A stretch of 64,000 nucleotides of DNA, from NCBI GenBank assembly GCA_965197645.1, contig OZ240219.1, positions 608,001 through 672,000 of the forward strand. Reading direction: 5' to 3'. The notes beneath the pieces are model-generated. The model was not told the DNA's origin. It was given only the letters and a program-made list of their open reading frames with translations, and did not search any database. Below, one piece after another: positions 41,357 to 50,575 of the stretch. This DNA comes from Dehalococcoidia bacterium (GTDB lineage Bacteria > Chloroflexota > Dehalococcoidia > Plut-88900). How positions within the stretch are numbered: position 1 is the stretch's first letter; every line of letters starts with the position of its first letter. The position numbers were made by a program, and so were the translations under genes.

Positions 41357-42301
41357 ATGCGCATCTGCTCCCTACTACCCAGCAACACCGAAATCCTGTT
41401 CTCACTAGGTCTCGGGGACTCCATCGTAGGCGTAACCCACGAGTGCGACTATCCTGAGGAAGCTGCTACCAAGCCGGTAGTGACCTCCAGCGTGGTGGAT
41501 GGCGACAACATGGCCAGCCGGGAGATCAGCGCCGCCATCAGCAGCCTGCTGCACAAGGGCAGCTCCATCTACCACCTGGACGAGGACCGGCTTCGCGAGT
41601 CCGGCACCGAGCTCATTCTCACCCAGGAGCTCTGCGACGTCTGTGCCGTGTCCTACAAGGAGGTCAAGGCCGCCGCACGGGTGCTGGACTCGGACGTTAA
41701 GGTGGTCTCCCTGGAGCCGAACACCATTCAGGACATCCTGGACAACATCATGTTCGTTGGGGAGTTGACCGGTTCGCTGGAGAGTGCCGAAAGGGTTGTC
41801 GCCGGCCTCGCCAGAAGGATCGAGACGGTCAAATCCCAGGCATCCCAGCCCCAGACCCGGCCTCGGGTACTCTGCATGGAGTGGCTGGACCCGATATTCG
41901 TCGGGGGACACTGGGTGCCGGAGATGGTCGATCTCGCCGGCGGAGAGGATGGGCTGGGAGAGGCCGGTAGACCCTCCATCCAGGTGGACTGGGACCTGGT
42001 GGCAGCCTACGCCCCCGAGGTCATCGTGCTGATGCCCTGTGGATTCGGTGTGTCACGGGTGCTGCAGGAGCTGGAGCATATCCGCTTCCCCGAACAGTGG
42101 GAAGCGTTGCCCGCCGTGCAGCAGGGCAATGTCTTCGCAGTGGACGGCTCCTCCTATTTCAACCGGCCCGGCCCGAGGATCATAGACGGGCTGGAGATAC
42201 TGGCCGAGATCATTCACCCGGAGCTGTTTCCCAGGAAGCGGCGGACACGCCAGGACTACGTTAGGCTTCCGGCTCCTTACACGGTCCAGTCGGCAGGATA
42301 G
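41357..42301 (+). CDS. BtuF-like binding-fold protein without signal peptide
   Basis: SLLPS.TEI..LGL...VG.THECDYP, TQELC.VC, GHWVPEM, FNRPGPR. Confidence 0.85.
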   Translation: MRICSLLPSNTEILFSLGLGDSIVGVTHECDYPEEAATKPVVTSSVVDGDNMASREISAAISSLLHKGSSIYHLDEDRLRESGTELILTQELCDVCAVSYKEVKAAARVLDSDVKVVSLEPNTIQDILDNIMFVGELTGSLESAERVVAGLARRIETVKSQASQPQTRPRVLCMEWLDPIFVGGHWVPEMVDLAGGEDGLGEAGRPSIQVDWDLVAAYAPEVIVLMPCGFGVSRVLQELEHIRFPEQWEALPAVQQGNVFAVDGSSYFNRPGPRIIDGLEILAEIIHPELFPRKRRTRQDYVRLPAPYTVQSAG

Positions 42302-42311
42302 CAGGGTCCAA

Positions 42312-42713
42312 GTGCAGGACATGGACGCTCCGGCCCAGGAGGTCATCAAGGCCAACGACGGTTTCTACCGCGCCTTCGAGAGCCTGGACATCGAGAATAT
42401 GGCCCAGGTCTGGGTCCAGGACGATACAGCGAAGTGCATTCACCCGGGTTGGCCGGTAAAGCTGGGCTGGGAAGCCGTCAGGGACAGCTGGATCGCCATA
42501 TTCCAGAACACGGAGTACATGGAGTTCACCATCACCGACGTCAAGGCCCTTGTCACCGGCGACTTTGGTTGGGTCACCTGTACCGAGAACCTTCGAAGCG
42601 TGGCCGGGGGTCAGGAGAACATTGGCGTTGTCCAGACCACCAACTTGTTCGTCAGGCGTGGGGAGTCCTGGTTGATGGTCCACCACCACGGCTCTCCCAT
42701 CTACACCGGCTAG
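42312..42713 (+). CDS. SnoaL/NTF2-like protein
   Basis: N..FY.AFE..D...M..VW, CIHPGW, W.MVHHHGS. Confidence 0.88.
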   Translation: MQDMDAPAQEVIKANDGFYRAFESLDIENMAQVWVQDDTAKCIHPGWPVKLGWEAVRDSWIAIFQNTEYMEFTITDVKALVTGDFGWVTCTENLRSVAGGQENIGVVQTTNLFVRRGESWLMVHHHGSPIYTG

Positions 42714-42725
42714 CTCCCCTTACCC

Positions 42726-43781
42726 TCAGTCCCAGATGCCCGGCAGCCGGGTGGCGCACTCAGGGCAGCGGCCTCCCGGGGCCAATCGATTCTCCAAGAC
42801 CCTGAATCCGAAACGCTCGATTACCGGGGTGCTGCAGCCGGGGCAGTAGGTGTTCTCGTAGCGGCCGACCATCCCCGGCAGGTTCCCCGCATACACAAAC
42901 TTCAGCCCCGCTTCGTACCCGATGTCCGCCGCGCGCACCAGCAGCCGTGCCGAGGTGTTGTCGGGGTCGGTCATCCTGTAGTCCTTGTGGAAAGCGGTCA
43001 CGTGCCACGGTATGTCCACCGAAAGGGAGGCGATGAACTCCGCCGCTTCCTTGATCTCCTCCGGGGAGTCGTTGAAGCCGGGCACCAGCAGAGTCACAAT
43101 CTCGACCCAGAAACCCATGCGTACCAGCGTCTCCAGCGTTTGCAGGACGTTGTCCAGCCGTCCCCCCAGCGACCTGTAGCCCTCTTTGGACATCGATTTC
43201 AGGTCGACCTTGTACCCGTCGACCCAGGGCTTCAGGTACTCCAGCACCTCTGGGGTGCCGTTTCCGTTGGACACGAAGGCCGTTCGAAGTTCCTGCTCTC
43301 TCGCGAGCTTGAACACCTCCACCGACCACTCGGCGGTTATCAGCGGCTCGTTGTAGGAGCTGGCGATTACCGGCGCCCCCAGGTCTACCGCATGCCGCAC
43401 CAGCTGCTCCGGGCTCGTTTCCTTGGGCGGGACCACCGCGACCGGGTCACGGATGGTCTGGGAAGTTAGCCAGTTCTGGCAGTAGCCGCAGTGGAAATCG
43501 CATCCCAGCATACCGAAGGTGAGGGTGTTGGAACCGGGCAGCAGGTGGTAGAAGGGCTTCTTCTCGGTGGGGTCGCACTGGAGGGCGCCTACGTAGCGCG
43601 TCGGAACTCGGAGGATGCCGCCCCGGTTGAACCTGACCTTGCAGATACCCCTGTGCCCATCGAAGATGACGCACCGGTGCCCGCAGGCGAAGCAACGCAG
43701 CTTGTCATTGGGCAGCTTCTCGTACAGCTCCCCCTCTTTGGTGAGGGCATCTATGACGCCGGCGAGGGTAGTAGTGGTCAA
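42726..43781 (-). CDS. amrS: AmmeMemoRadiSam-system radical SAM enzyme
   Basis: DP.EKKP.YH..PG, GCDFHCGYCQNW, YNEP, PWHVTAFH.DY.M. Confidence 0.9.
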   Translation of the reverse strand: MTTTTLAGVIDALTKEGELYEKLPNDKLRCFACGHRCVIFDGHRGICKVRFNRGGILRVPTRYVGALQCDPTEKKPFYHLLPGSNTLTFGMLGCDFHCGYCQNWLTSQTIRDPVAVVPPKETSPEQLVRHAVDLGAPVIASSYNEPLITAEWSVEVFKLAREQELRTAFVSNGNGTPEVLEYLKPWVDGYKVDLKSMSKEGYRSLGGRLDNVLQTLETLVRMGFWVEIVTLLVPGFNDSPEEIKEAAEFIASLSVDIPWHVTAFHKDYRMTDPDNTSARLLVRAADIGYEAGLKFVYAGNLPGMVGRYENTYCPGCSTPVIERFGFRVLENRLAPGGRCPECATRLPGIWD

Positions 43782-43936
43782 GTCCCGTGCCGCCTCCCTA
43801 CTGAGCCTAGAGCTACTCTAGCCGACAGGGATATGGGCCGTAAAAGATCGAGTTGGTCGTGTCGGTATCGCCGTCGGACGTTTCCAGGGCGTCTCCGGCA
43901 GTCATGGGTCTCCCCCTGAACGAGCCGATGCGCCGG

Positions 43937-45367
43937 CTACTCTTCTATCTTTAGCTGGCGGCGCACCTTCTCCGCCGCTCCCTCCCAATCGTACCCGCCG
44001 AAGGCCATCATCTTCTGGGCCTGGGGAGAGCCGGCCCCGTGGAGCTCCAGCACGTGGTAGTGGCCGGCGTACTCATCGGCCGCCTTGTCTCGGACGTAGT
44101 TGTACAGGCGGAGCCGCTGTTCCGCCGTCGCCGAGTCGCCGCCGTCCAGGTACTTCCTGAACGCGTCGTGCAGGTCGGGGTGCTTGTAGTCCGTCTCCCA
44201 AGGCTGGGTGGTGATGATGGCGCCACCGATATCGATCAGGTACTTGTACATCTCCATGATCTTATCGGTGAACAGGTACTTGCCCACGTTGGTGATAACC
44301 CCGTTGGGCACGGCCATGTTGTCCTGGTAGGTGGAGGTGATGGCCGCGGTCTGAACGAAGGCGGCCAGTGAGCTGGCCAGCATCGCCATCTCGAACAGGT
44401 GGTCCTTGATATGGGGTGCGCCCAGTACGCCGTTGTACTTGGCAAGGAGGTAACCGGTGCCGGCCATCATCTCGGCTTCGTGGGCCTGGCTGCACAGGGC
44501 CGAGTACCGGAGCAGCACGCCCAGCGTCCTGGCGATGTCCGAGGACAGCCAGTCCTCGCCATTCTGGATGACCCGCTCCCAGGGCACGAACACATCGTCG
44601 AACCAGACGAAACACTCTCCGCCGACGTTGCTGTGGCTGACGGGGTACTCCCACTCGGTGCCCGTCATCCTGCGGGGCCTCATGATCATCTTCACGCCGG
44701 GGGCATTGGGCGGTACGGCACAGCTAATCGAGTAGTCGGACTCATCCGGCTTCATCCGTTTCGTGGGCATGACGATGAGCTCGTGCATGAAGGCGGCATC
44801 GGTGATGTGGGCCTTCATTCCCCTGATCACGATGCCGTCGTCCCTCTCAGCCACCTTGTGGACGTACATGTCCGGGTCGTGCTGTTCCCCGGGGTGCTTG
44901 GCACGGTCCCCCTTGGTGTCAGACATGGCGATGGCCATTATCAAGTCTTCTTCTCTGAACCGACGGTAGAGCTTATCGACGTTCTCCTTGTACTGGGGGT
45001 AGGCTTCAGCCAGTTTGGGCGACACCAGGAACAGGGATAGGATGCTATCGCTGAGACCCAGGGCGCTGCTATAACCGTTCTCAGCGCCGATGGAGAAGGC
45101 CTTGGCCCGCCGGAGCAGGTCGTCCGAGTTCTGGGGCGGGATCAGGAACAGGTCGGAAGGCTCGCCCGTCTCCGGGTCGTCGGATATGAAGGTATCCCTG
45201 ACCTCGGGATTGTGGAACCGGGTGTAGGCGTGAGCCTGGTGGAGGGCGCCTTTCCTGGTGACGGGGTGCGTGACCACGTTATCGATCTTTTCACCATCGG
45301 CGTAAACGACCCGGCCGTCCTGGATGCTTTCCAGGTAGTCTTCAGGGGTCTTGAAGGTCTTTGCCAT
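43937..45367 (-). CDS. 4-hydroxyphenylacetate 3-hydroxylase / 4-hydroxybutyryl-CoA dehydratase family flavoprotein
   Basis: YLESI.DGR, SD.KGDR, GIVIRG.K.H.T, FDDVFVPWERV, HGAGSPQAQK. Confidence 0.88.
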   Translation of the reverse strand: MAKTFKTPEDYLESIQDGRVVYADGEKIDNVVTHPVTRKGALHQAHAYTRFHNPEVRDTFISDDPETGEPSDLFLIPPQNSDDLLRRAKAFSIGAENGYSSALGLSDSILSLFLVSPKLAEAYPQYKENVDKLYRRFREEDLIMAIAMSDTKGDRAKHPGEQHDPDMYVHKVAERDDGIVIRGMKAHITDAAFMHELIVMPTKRMKPDESDYSISCAVPPNAPGVKMIMRPRRMTGTEWEYPVSHSNVGGECFVWFDDVFVPWERVIQNGEDWLSSDIARTLGVLLRYSALCSQAHEAEMMAGTGYLLAKYNGVLGAPHIKDHLFEMAMLASSLAAFVQTAAITSTYQDNMAVPNGVITNVGKYLFTDKIMEMYKYLIDIGGAIITTQPWETDYKHPDLHDAFRKYLDGGDSATAEQRLRLYNYVRDKAADEYAGHYHVLELHGAGSPQAQKMMAFGGYDWEGAAEKVRRQLKIEE

Positions 45368-45415
45368 CGGGCCTCCTCCGCGCAGGCGTGGAATGAATAC
45401 TGACTAGCGGAGTTC

Positions 45416-45483
45416 ATTGTAGTCTCGCCTTCTCGACCGTGTCAAAGCAAATTCTTGACCCTCTAACCTCGCCCACCTATACT
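45416..45483. promoter_or_regulatory. Back-to-back sigma70 promoters
   Basis: Minus strand TTGACA-18-TACAAT (45416-45445); plus strand TTGACC-17-TATACT (45455-45483). Confidence 0.65.
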
Positions 45484-45518
45484 CGACGAAAGGCCGTCCA
45501 GGCAGGAAGGGGAGACCG

Positions 45519-46265
45519 GTGAAGCCGCTAAGCTACTCCAAGATATCCACGTACCTCACTTGTCCCCTCAACTATCGATTCCAGTACATCGATAAGCTGC
45601 CCCGTAAGCCCAGGCACTACTTCAGCTTCGGCAACACGTTGCACCGGTGCGCTCAGCATTTCTTCAAGAAGGGGCGCAAAGCGCCTCCCAGCCTTGAGGA
45701 CTTGCTCGGCTACTACGAACAGACGTGGACTTCGTCGGGGTACAGGACCCGGGAGCACGAGGAGGCCGACAAAGAGCTGGGCCGGGAGATCCTGACCAAG
45801 TTCTGGGAGACCAACTCGAAGAGCTACCAGCCGGCCTTGGCCACCGAGCAATGGTTCGTCATCGATATCGACGGAGTGAGCTTTCGAGGATACATTGACA
45901 AGGTGGACATCTCTCCCAACGGCGGCCTGGTAATCATCGACTACAAGAGCGGCAAAGCGGAGATATCGAGGGAACAGGTGGAGAACAGCCTCCAGCTAAG
46001 CCTGTACCAGCTGGGGGTCGGCGGGCTCTGGCTCCTTCCCGTCGAGAAGCTGTCTCTCTACCACCTGCGAAGCAACTCCATGGTGGACGTCGGGCCGCGA
46101 GATCAACGGACGCTGGAAGAGACCCGGGAAACGGTGCACACGGTCTCGGAGTCGATCAAAGAAGAGAAGTTCGAGCCCCGGCTGAACTACTCCTGCCCCT
46201 GCGAGTTCGCCCAGTTCTGTCCCCTGTTCCAGAAGGAAGCGGCGACGGCCAATTCAACCGGCTAG
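45519..46265 (+). CDS. PD-(D/E)XK RecB/Cas4-like nuclease
   Basis: LSYS.I..Y..CP, G..LH, G.IDKVD, IIDYKSG, QL.LY, C-terminal Cys cluster. Confidence 0.9.
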   Translation: MKPLSYSKISTYLTCPLNYRFQYIDKLPRKPRHYFSFGNTLHRCAQHFFKKGRKAPPSLEDLLGYYEQTWTSSGYRTREHEEADKELGREILTKFWETNSKSYQPALATEQWFVIDIDGVSFRGYIDKVDISPNGGLVIIDYKSGKAEISREQVENSLQLSLYQLGVGGLWLLPVEKLSLYHLRSNSMVDVGPRDQRTLEETRETVHTVSESIKEEKFEPRLNYSCPCEFAQFCPLFQKEAATANSTG

Positions 46266-47074
46266 GCCATGGCTTTTCGCAGGCGGGACCAGAGCCGGCG
46301 TCCACGTTCGCTGAAGGCGAGTGCCCCGTCGGCCAGACCGGCCATCTCTTGAATCCGTCTCGCCGTATCCACCACCTCAAGGGCGGCAACCGGAGACCGA
46401 CTTCGCTCTCCGGGACCGGCTAGGGCCTCGGCTAGCTTGCCCAGTAGTCCTCGCTTGGTTCCTGGGCCCTCGCTCAGCTCTTTCCAGATCTCATCGATGG
46501 TGGTGCCCCTGACAAACGCGCCGCCCACCAGGACGGCGGCAACCAGGGGAGCGGGAGCCAGCACCAGCGAGTCCTTAAGCAGGTGTGGGGCGAGACGAAC
46601 GTAGCGTTTCGGTTCCTCGAAGAGCAGCGTACCGTCGGTGAGCAGGAGCTCGGCGATGGCTCGGACACCTGGAGATGCGGCGATGACTCTTGCCGCGGCC
46701 CATCGGCCCGCCTCGGGTAGGCGTTCCTCTACGACGGTTGAACCGACGATCTGGGCCACCGCGGCGCCGGTCAGATGGCTCAGGTCGAGGGTCAGAAGCT
46801 CCAGCGCTACTCGGCCCTTGTCGGCCCAGGCATCCCCGTCCAACAGGCTTACCAAGAATCTCCACCGGCCCGGAATAGCGGCATTGGCTGCGGGCACGAT
46901 CAATCGAAGGGTGACGTTTTCGAGGGAGGCGGTGGCATCGGGCGGGGGGGATATGCGGTCCAGGGAGTGTTCAAACCTCTTGGGAGAGGTCGTCAATGAT
47001 CCGTCGGTGTGTTGCTCGGAGAAGAGCAGGTCCAGAACTTGTGCCTGGGCCAGTATCCACAGTTGAGACCGCAT
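46262..47074 (-). CDS. Hypothetical protein
   Basis: 270-codon ORF filling the gap, helical Leu/Ala-rich, no recognised motif; start uncertain. Confidence 0.55.
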   Translation of the reverse strand: MRSQLWILAQAQVLDLLFSEQHTDGSLTTSPKRFEHSLDRISPPPDATASLENVTLRLIVPAANAAIPGRWRFLVSLLDGDAWADKGRVALELLTLDLSHLTGAAVAQIVGSTVVEERLPEAGRWAAARVIAASPGVRAIAELLLTDGTLLFEEPKRYVRLAPHLLKDSLVLAPAPLVAAVLVGGAFVRGTTIDEIWKELSEGPGTKRGLLGKLAEALAGPGERSRSPVAALEVVDTARRIQEMAGLADGALAFSERGRRLWSRLRKAMA

Positions 47075-47151
47075 TCTACCCCTCTGGGAGATGGAGAAGT
47101 CAGTACTTCGCCTGGGCCAGTATATCAAGAAAAGGGGTGTGGAGGGACGGC

Positions 47152-48363
47152 TCAGCCGCATACGTCCAGCGCCGTCAGAGCCAATACCCGGCTGCACAGC
47201 ACCATCTCATCGATGCTGCTGTAGTCGTTACCATAGCTGCCGCCACCCGGCCCGTAGATAGGGGCGGGGATGCCGGCCAGCCAGAGGTGGGCATCGTCGT
47301 CGCCGTAGCGTGCGCTGAGTTCCGAGGCCGGCAGCCCAATGGTGTTCGGCTCTTGGCCTGTCACCTTCCGGTAGCTGGCCGTCAGCGTCTGGACTATCTC
47401 CTCTTCCACTGGCATGTCCATGGGCGGGTGGTCCATGATCCAGGTGTTGAACCTCCGCTCGATGGGGTGCACCAGCTCATACTCGAAGTTGGGGGCCTCT
47501 CTTCGAAGCCGGTCCAGCGTCGCCTCGAGGTCTCTTCGGATGGTCTCGGCCGTCATTCCCGGCACGGTGCTGACGGCGATGAAAGCCGTGCACAGATCGG
47601 CGTTACGGCTGACGGACCTCATGTCGTAGGTCTCACCTCTCCCGCCGATTATCGACCCCACCTTCAGCCAGGGCAGCCCATTGACGTCCCAGGGCTCGAA
47701 GGTAAGCGGGGTACCGTAGATGGCGTCTATCGCCTTCATCATCTGGGGAATTGCGTCGACTCCCGTCACGTCGTCGCCCTCGGGATGCCGCCCTTTGACG
47801 TGCAGGGAAAATTTGGACATGCCGCCATGCTTGGTGACGATGTTGTGGGCGCCATAGGGCTCGGTTACCACGGCCATGTCGGTCCTGTAGCCCGATTCCA
47901 TCAGGTGGACCGTGCCGAGGCCACCCTGCAGCTCCGCCAGGACGCACCCGACCACCAGATCGCCTTTGAGCTGCGTTCCCGACCGACGAAGGGCCTCGGC
48001 GGCGTGGACCATCGAGGCGACGCCGCTCTTCATGTTGCGAATTCCCGCCCCGTACAGCCTGTCTCCTTCTACCCGGGGCTCGAAGGGGTTGCCGGTCTGC
48101 CCCGAAGCCAGGGGATTGTTGTCCAGGTGGCCGTTGAACATCAGGCTCCGGCCTCCCCCAGATCCCTTCAGGACGGCGACGGTCTGGTACCAACCCGGCT
48201 CCACCTCCTGGAGCTCGACCTCGTAGCCTCGTGCCGAGAAGTAGCTCGCCAGCCAGCGGGCCAGCGGCGTCTCGTCCCCTATCATGCTGGGAATCCGTAT
48301 CAGGTCCTTGCCCAGTTCAACCAGCTCCTGCCGGTCGATGTGCCCCAGTACGTCTTCAGACAT
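47152..48363 (-). CDS. M20 (ArgE/DapE-like) family hydrolase
   Basis: LIRIPS, NGHLD, LYG.G...MKSG, VTEP, YGPG. Confidence 0.88.
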   Translation of the reverse strand: MSEDVLGHIDRQELVELGKDLIRIPSMIGDETPLARWLASYFSARGYEVELQEVEPGWYQTVAVLKGSGGGRSLMFNGHLDNNPLASGQTGNPFEPRVEGDRLYGAGIRNMKSGVASMVHAAEALRRSGTQLKGDLVVGCVLAELQGGLGTVHLMESGYRTDMAVVTEPYGAHNIVTKHGGMSKFSLHVKGRHPEGDDVTGVDAIPQMMKAIDAIYGTPLTFEPWDVNGLPWLKVGSIIGGRGETYDMRSVSRNADLCTAFIAVSTVPGMTAETIRRDLEATLDRLRREAPNFEYELVHPIERRFNTWIMDHPPMDMPVEEEIVQTLTASYRKVTGQEPNTIGLPASELSARYGDDDAHLWLAGIPAPIYGPGGGSYGNDYSSIDEMVLCSRVLALTALDVCG

Positions 48364-48492
48364 AATCTGCCGCTTTCTTCGAGGATGGAGGCATGATACT
48401 ACAACGGATTCCTCGCCTGGGTACAGGCATTGGCACACCGCGGTTCGAAGAGCACAAGGTGACGAGACCACCTTCCAAGAGGTTTGGCCGCG

Positions 48493-49242
48493 CTAGAAGG
48501 GGATCAGGGCCGTCCCCAGGGCGATATCGGACATCAGAGCGAAGCCGAAGGCGACGCTGAACATCCCTGCGACGCCCGCCACGGCGGAGTTAATCCTCTT
48601 GAAACCGGCTCCGAGGGCGAAGGGCACTCCCAGAACGAGGGTGATGACCCCCATGGACAGAATGGTGCCGACGCCGAACATGAGAATGTAGCCCAGGCCC
48701 ACCCAGAAGGAGGAGATCTTGGGCAGCAGGAGCAGCATTACGGCGGCGCTGCCGGCTAGGCCGTGGACGAGACCTATCACATAGGACTTGGTGCGGAAGA
48801 AGGGCTTGCCCGGACTGAAAAACCCGTGAGGCGACTCCACCTCGGGTGCGTCGGTTCGATCGTGGGTGGCGTGGATGTGAACGTGGGGACCGCTATCGTG
48901 GCTGTGTTTGTGCACGTGGAGACGTCCCCGGCGCAGATTCCAGAACACCTGGGCGCCGAGGAATACCAGCATAATAGCCACGCCGAACTCGAACAGCGGG
49001 GCGACGGCATCGTACCGGTCCAGTACCGACTCTTTGAACAGGAGGATGATCACGCCCAGCACCAGCAGGGGCGTCGAGTGGCCGAGACCCCATGACCCCC
49101 CGACCCATATGCTCTTCCAGGCGTTACGGTGCTCGCCGGCTATAGTAGAAACGGCGACGACGTGGTCGGCATCGGTGGCGTGCTTCAAGCCCAGTAGGAA
49201 CCCAAGCGCCAGCGCCGCCAGGGCACCCGACTCGATATCCAC
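48493..49242 (-). CDS. His-rich Ni/Co-type (NiCoT/UreH-like) permease
   Basis: GLKHATDADH, WGLGHS, HVHKHSH...HVHIH loop, GLVHGLAGS. Confidence 0.85.
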   Translation of the reverse strand: MDIESGALAALALGFLLGLKHATDADHVVAVSTIAGEHRNAWKSIWVGGSWGLGHSTPLLVLGVIILLFKESVLDRYDAVAPLFEFGVAIMLVFLGAQVFWNLRRGRLHVHKHSHDSGPHVHIHATHDRTDAPEVESPHGFFSPGKPFFRTKSYVIGLVHGLAGSAAVMLLLLPKISSFWVGLGYILMFGVGTILSMGVITLVLGVPFALGAGFKRINSAVAGVAGMFSVAFGFALMSDIALGTALIPF

Positions 49243-49275
49243 GGCTCAGTCCTCCCTCGGTTTTGCTATAGTCAA

Positions 49276-49331
49276 AATGCTCCTGCAACAAGTTGCAGGA
49301 GCATTCTAGTGCAACAGACACTTCGAGTCAA
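49276..49331 (-). promoter_or_regulatory. Promoter with overlapping perfect palindrome (candidate operator)
   Basis: TTGACT-17-TAGAAT; AATGCTCCTGCAAC-aa-GTTGCAGGAGCATT at 49276-49305. Confidence 0.7.
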
Positions 49332-49354
49332 CTGGTCTTCAGGGACAGCTTACC

Positions 49355-50575
49355 TCAGATAGCCCCCTCTTCTCGCAGGGCGGCCACGTCCTCGACAGAG
49401 TACTCGAGGAGGCCGGTCAGTATCTCCTCGTTGTGCTGGCCCAGGAGGGGAGCGTGGTCGAACACCTCATCCGTTCCGGGCATCTTTATCGGGTTGCCAG
49501 CGGCTTTGTACCTGCCGCTGACCGGGTGGTCTATCTCCACCACCATGTTCCGATGCAATATCTGGGGGTTTGAAGTAGCTTCGGCGAAGTTGTTGACCTT
49601 GCTGGAGGGCACGTCGCCGGCCTCCAACTCGGGTATCCACTCGTCTACGGTCTTCGTCCGGAACGCCCTGGACAGGGCCTCCTCCAACTCTTCCTTGTGC
49701 TCGATCCTCGACATCGGGGTCTCGAACCGGGAATCGTTGGGCAGGTCTTCGAACCCATCCACGCGAGATATCACCCTGGCCAGGTTTTCGTAGAACCGCT
49801 GTATGGGACAGCTGATCTGAACGTGCCGGCCGTCCTTGGTCTCGAAGGCGCCGATGGGCACGTTGGTCTGGTGTCCCGATCCCAGCGGCTCCGGCAGATT
49901 CCCGGAGACCAGGAAAAGCTGGCCGATGTGGGCCTGCAACGCGATCTGAACGTCCAACAGACTGACCGATATCTCTCGGCCCACTCCCGTCTGCTCACGA
50001 GCATACAGGGCCGCCAGAATGCCCTGGACGGCGTACAGTCCTCCACCGGTGTCTCCCATGGGATAACCCATAAGAAACGGCGGCGTGTCCCTGGTGCCGG
50101 TGATGCTCATCACCCCGCCCATAGCCTGGATCATGCCATCGAAGGCGGGCCTGTCCTTCATGGGCCCGCTGGTCCCGAAACCAGATATGGCGCAGTAGAT
50201 GATGCGGGGATTGACCGCCTTCATCACCTCGTAGCCCAGGCTCAGCTTGTCCATCACCCCCGGCCGAAAGTTCTCGAAGACCACGTCGGATACCGTCACC
50301 AGCTCCTTGAATATCTTCTTGCCCTTCTCGTGCTTCAGGTCCAGGGTGACGCCCTTCTTGTTGCGGTTGATGCCCAGATAGTAGGCGCTCTCGCCCTCCA
50401 GGAAGTAGGGTGGAAACCGACGGCTGGAATCGCCAACTCCGGGCTGCTCGATTTTGATGATCTCGGCGCCCAGGTCGCCCATAACCCTAGCGCCGAAGGG
50501 CCCGGCGAGAGCCTGGGTCAGATCGAGTATTCGCACCCCTTTCAGGGGACGTTGGAGGTTGCTATCGTTTGTCAT
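49355..50575 (-). CDS. Family III (CaiB/BaiF) CoA-transferase
   Basis: LAGP, DLGA..IKIE, NRNKK, ENFRPG, catalytic Asp in PMGDTGG. Confidence 0.95.
   Translation of the reverse strand: MTNDSNLQRPLKGVRILDLTQALAGPFGARVMGDLGAEIIKIEQPGVGDSSRRFPPYFLEGESAYYLGINRNKKGVTLDLKHEKGKKIFKELVTVSDVVFENFRPGVMDKLSLGYEVMKAVNPRIIYCAISGFGTSGPMKDRPAFDGMIQAMGGVMSITGTRDTPPFLMGYPMGDTGGGLYAVQGILAALYAREQTGVGREISVSLLDVQIALQAHIGQLFLVSGNLPEPLGSGHQTNVPIGAFETKDGRHVQISCPIQRFYENLARVISRVDGFEDLPNDSRFETPMSRIEHKEELEEALSRAFRTKTVDEWIPELEAGDVPSSKVNNFAEATSNPQILHRNMVVEIDHPVSGRYKAAGNPIKMPGTDEVFDHAPLLGQHNEEILTGLLEYSVEDVAALREEGAI

Noticed and set aside
35961-42301. Sec recoding in the IscA/HesB, thioredoxin-domain or BtuF-like genes
   Set aside because: All relevant positions are ordinary Cys codons, with no in-frame TGA.
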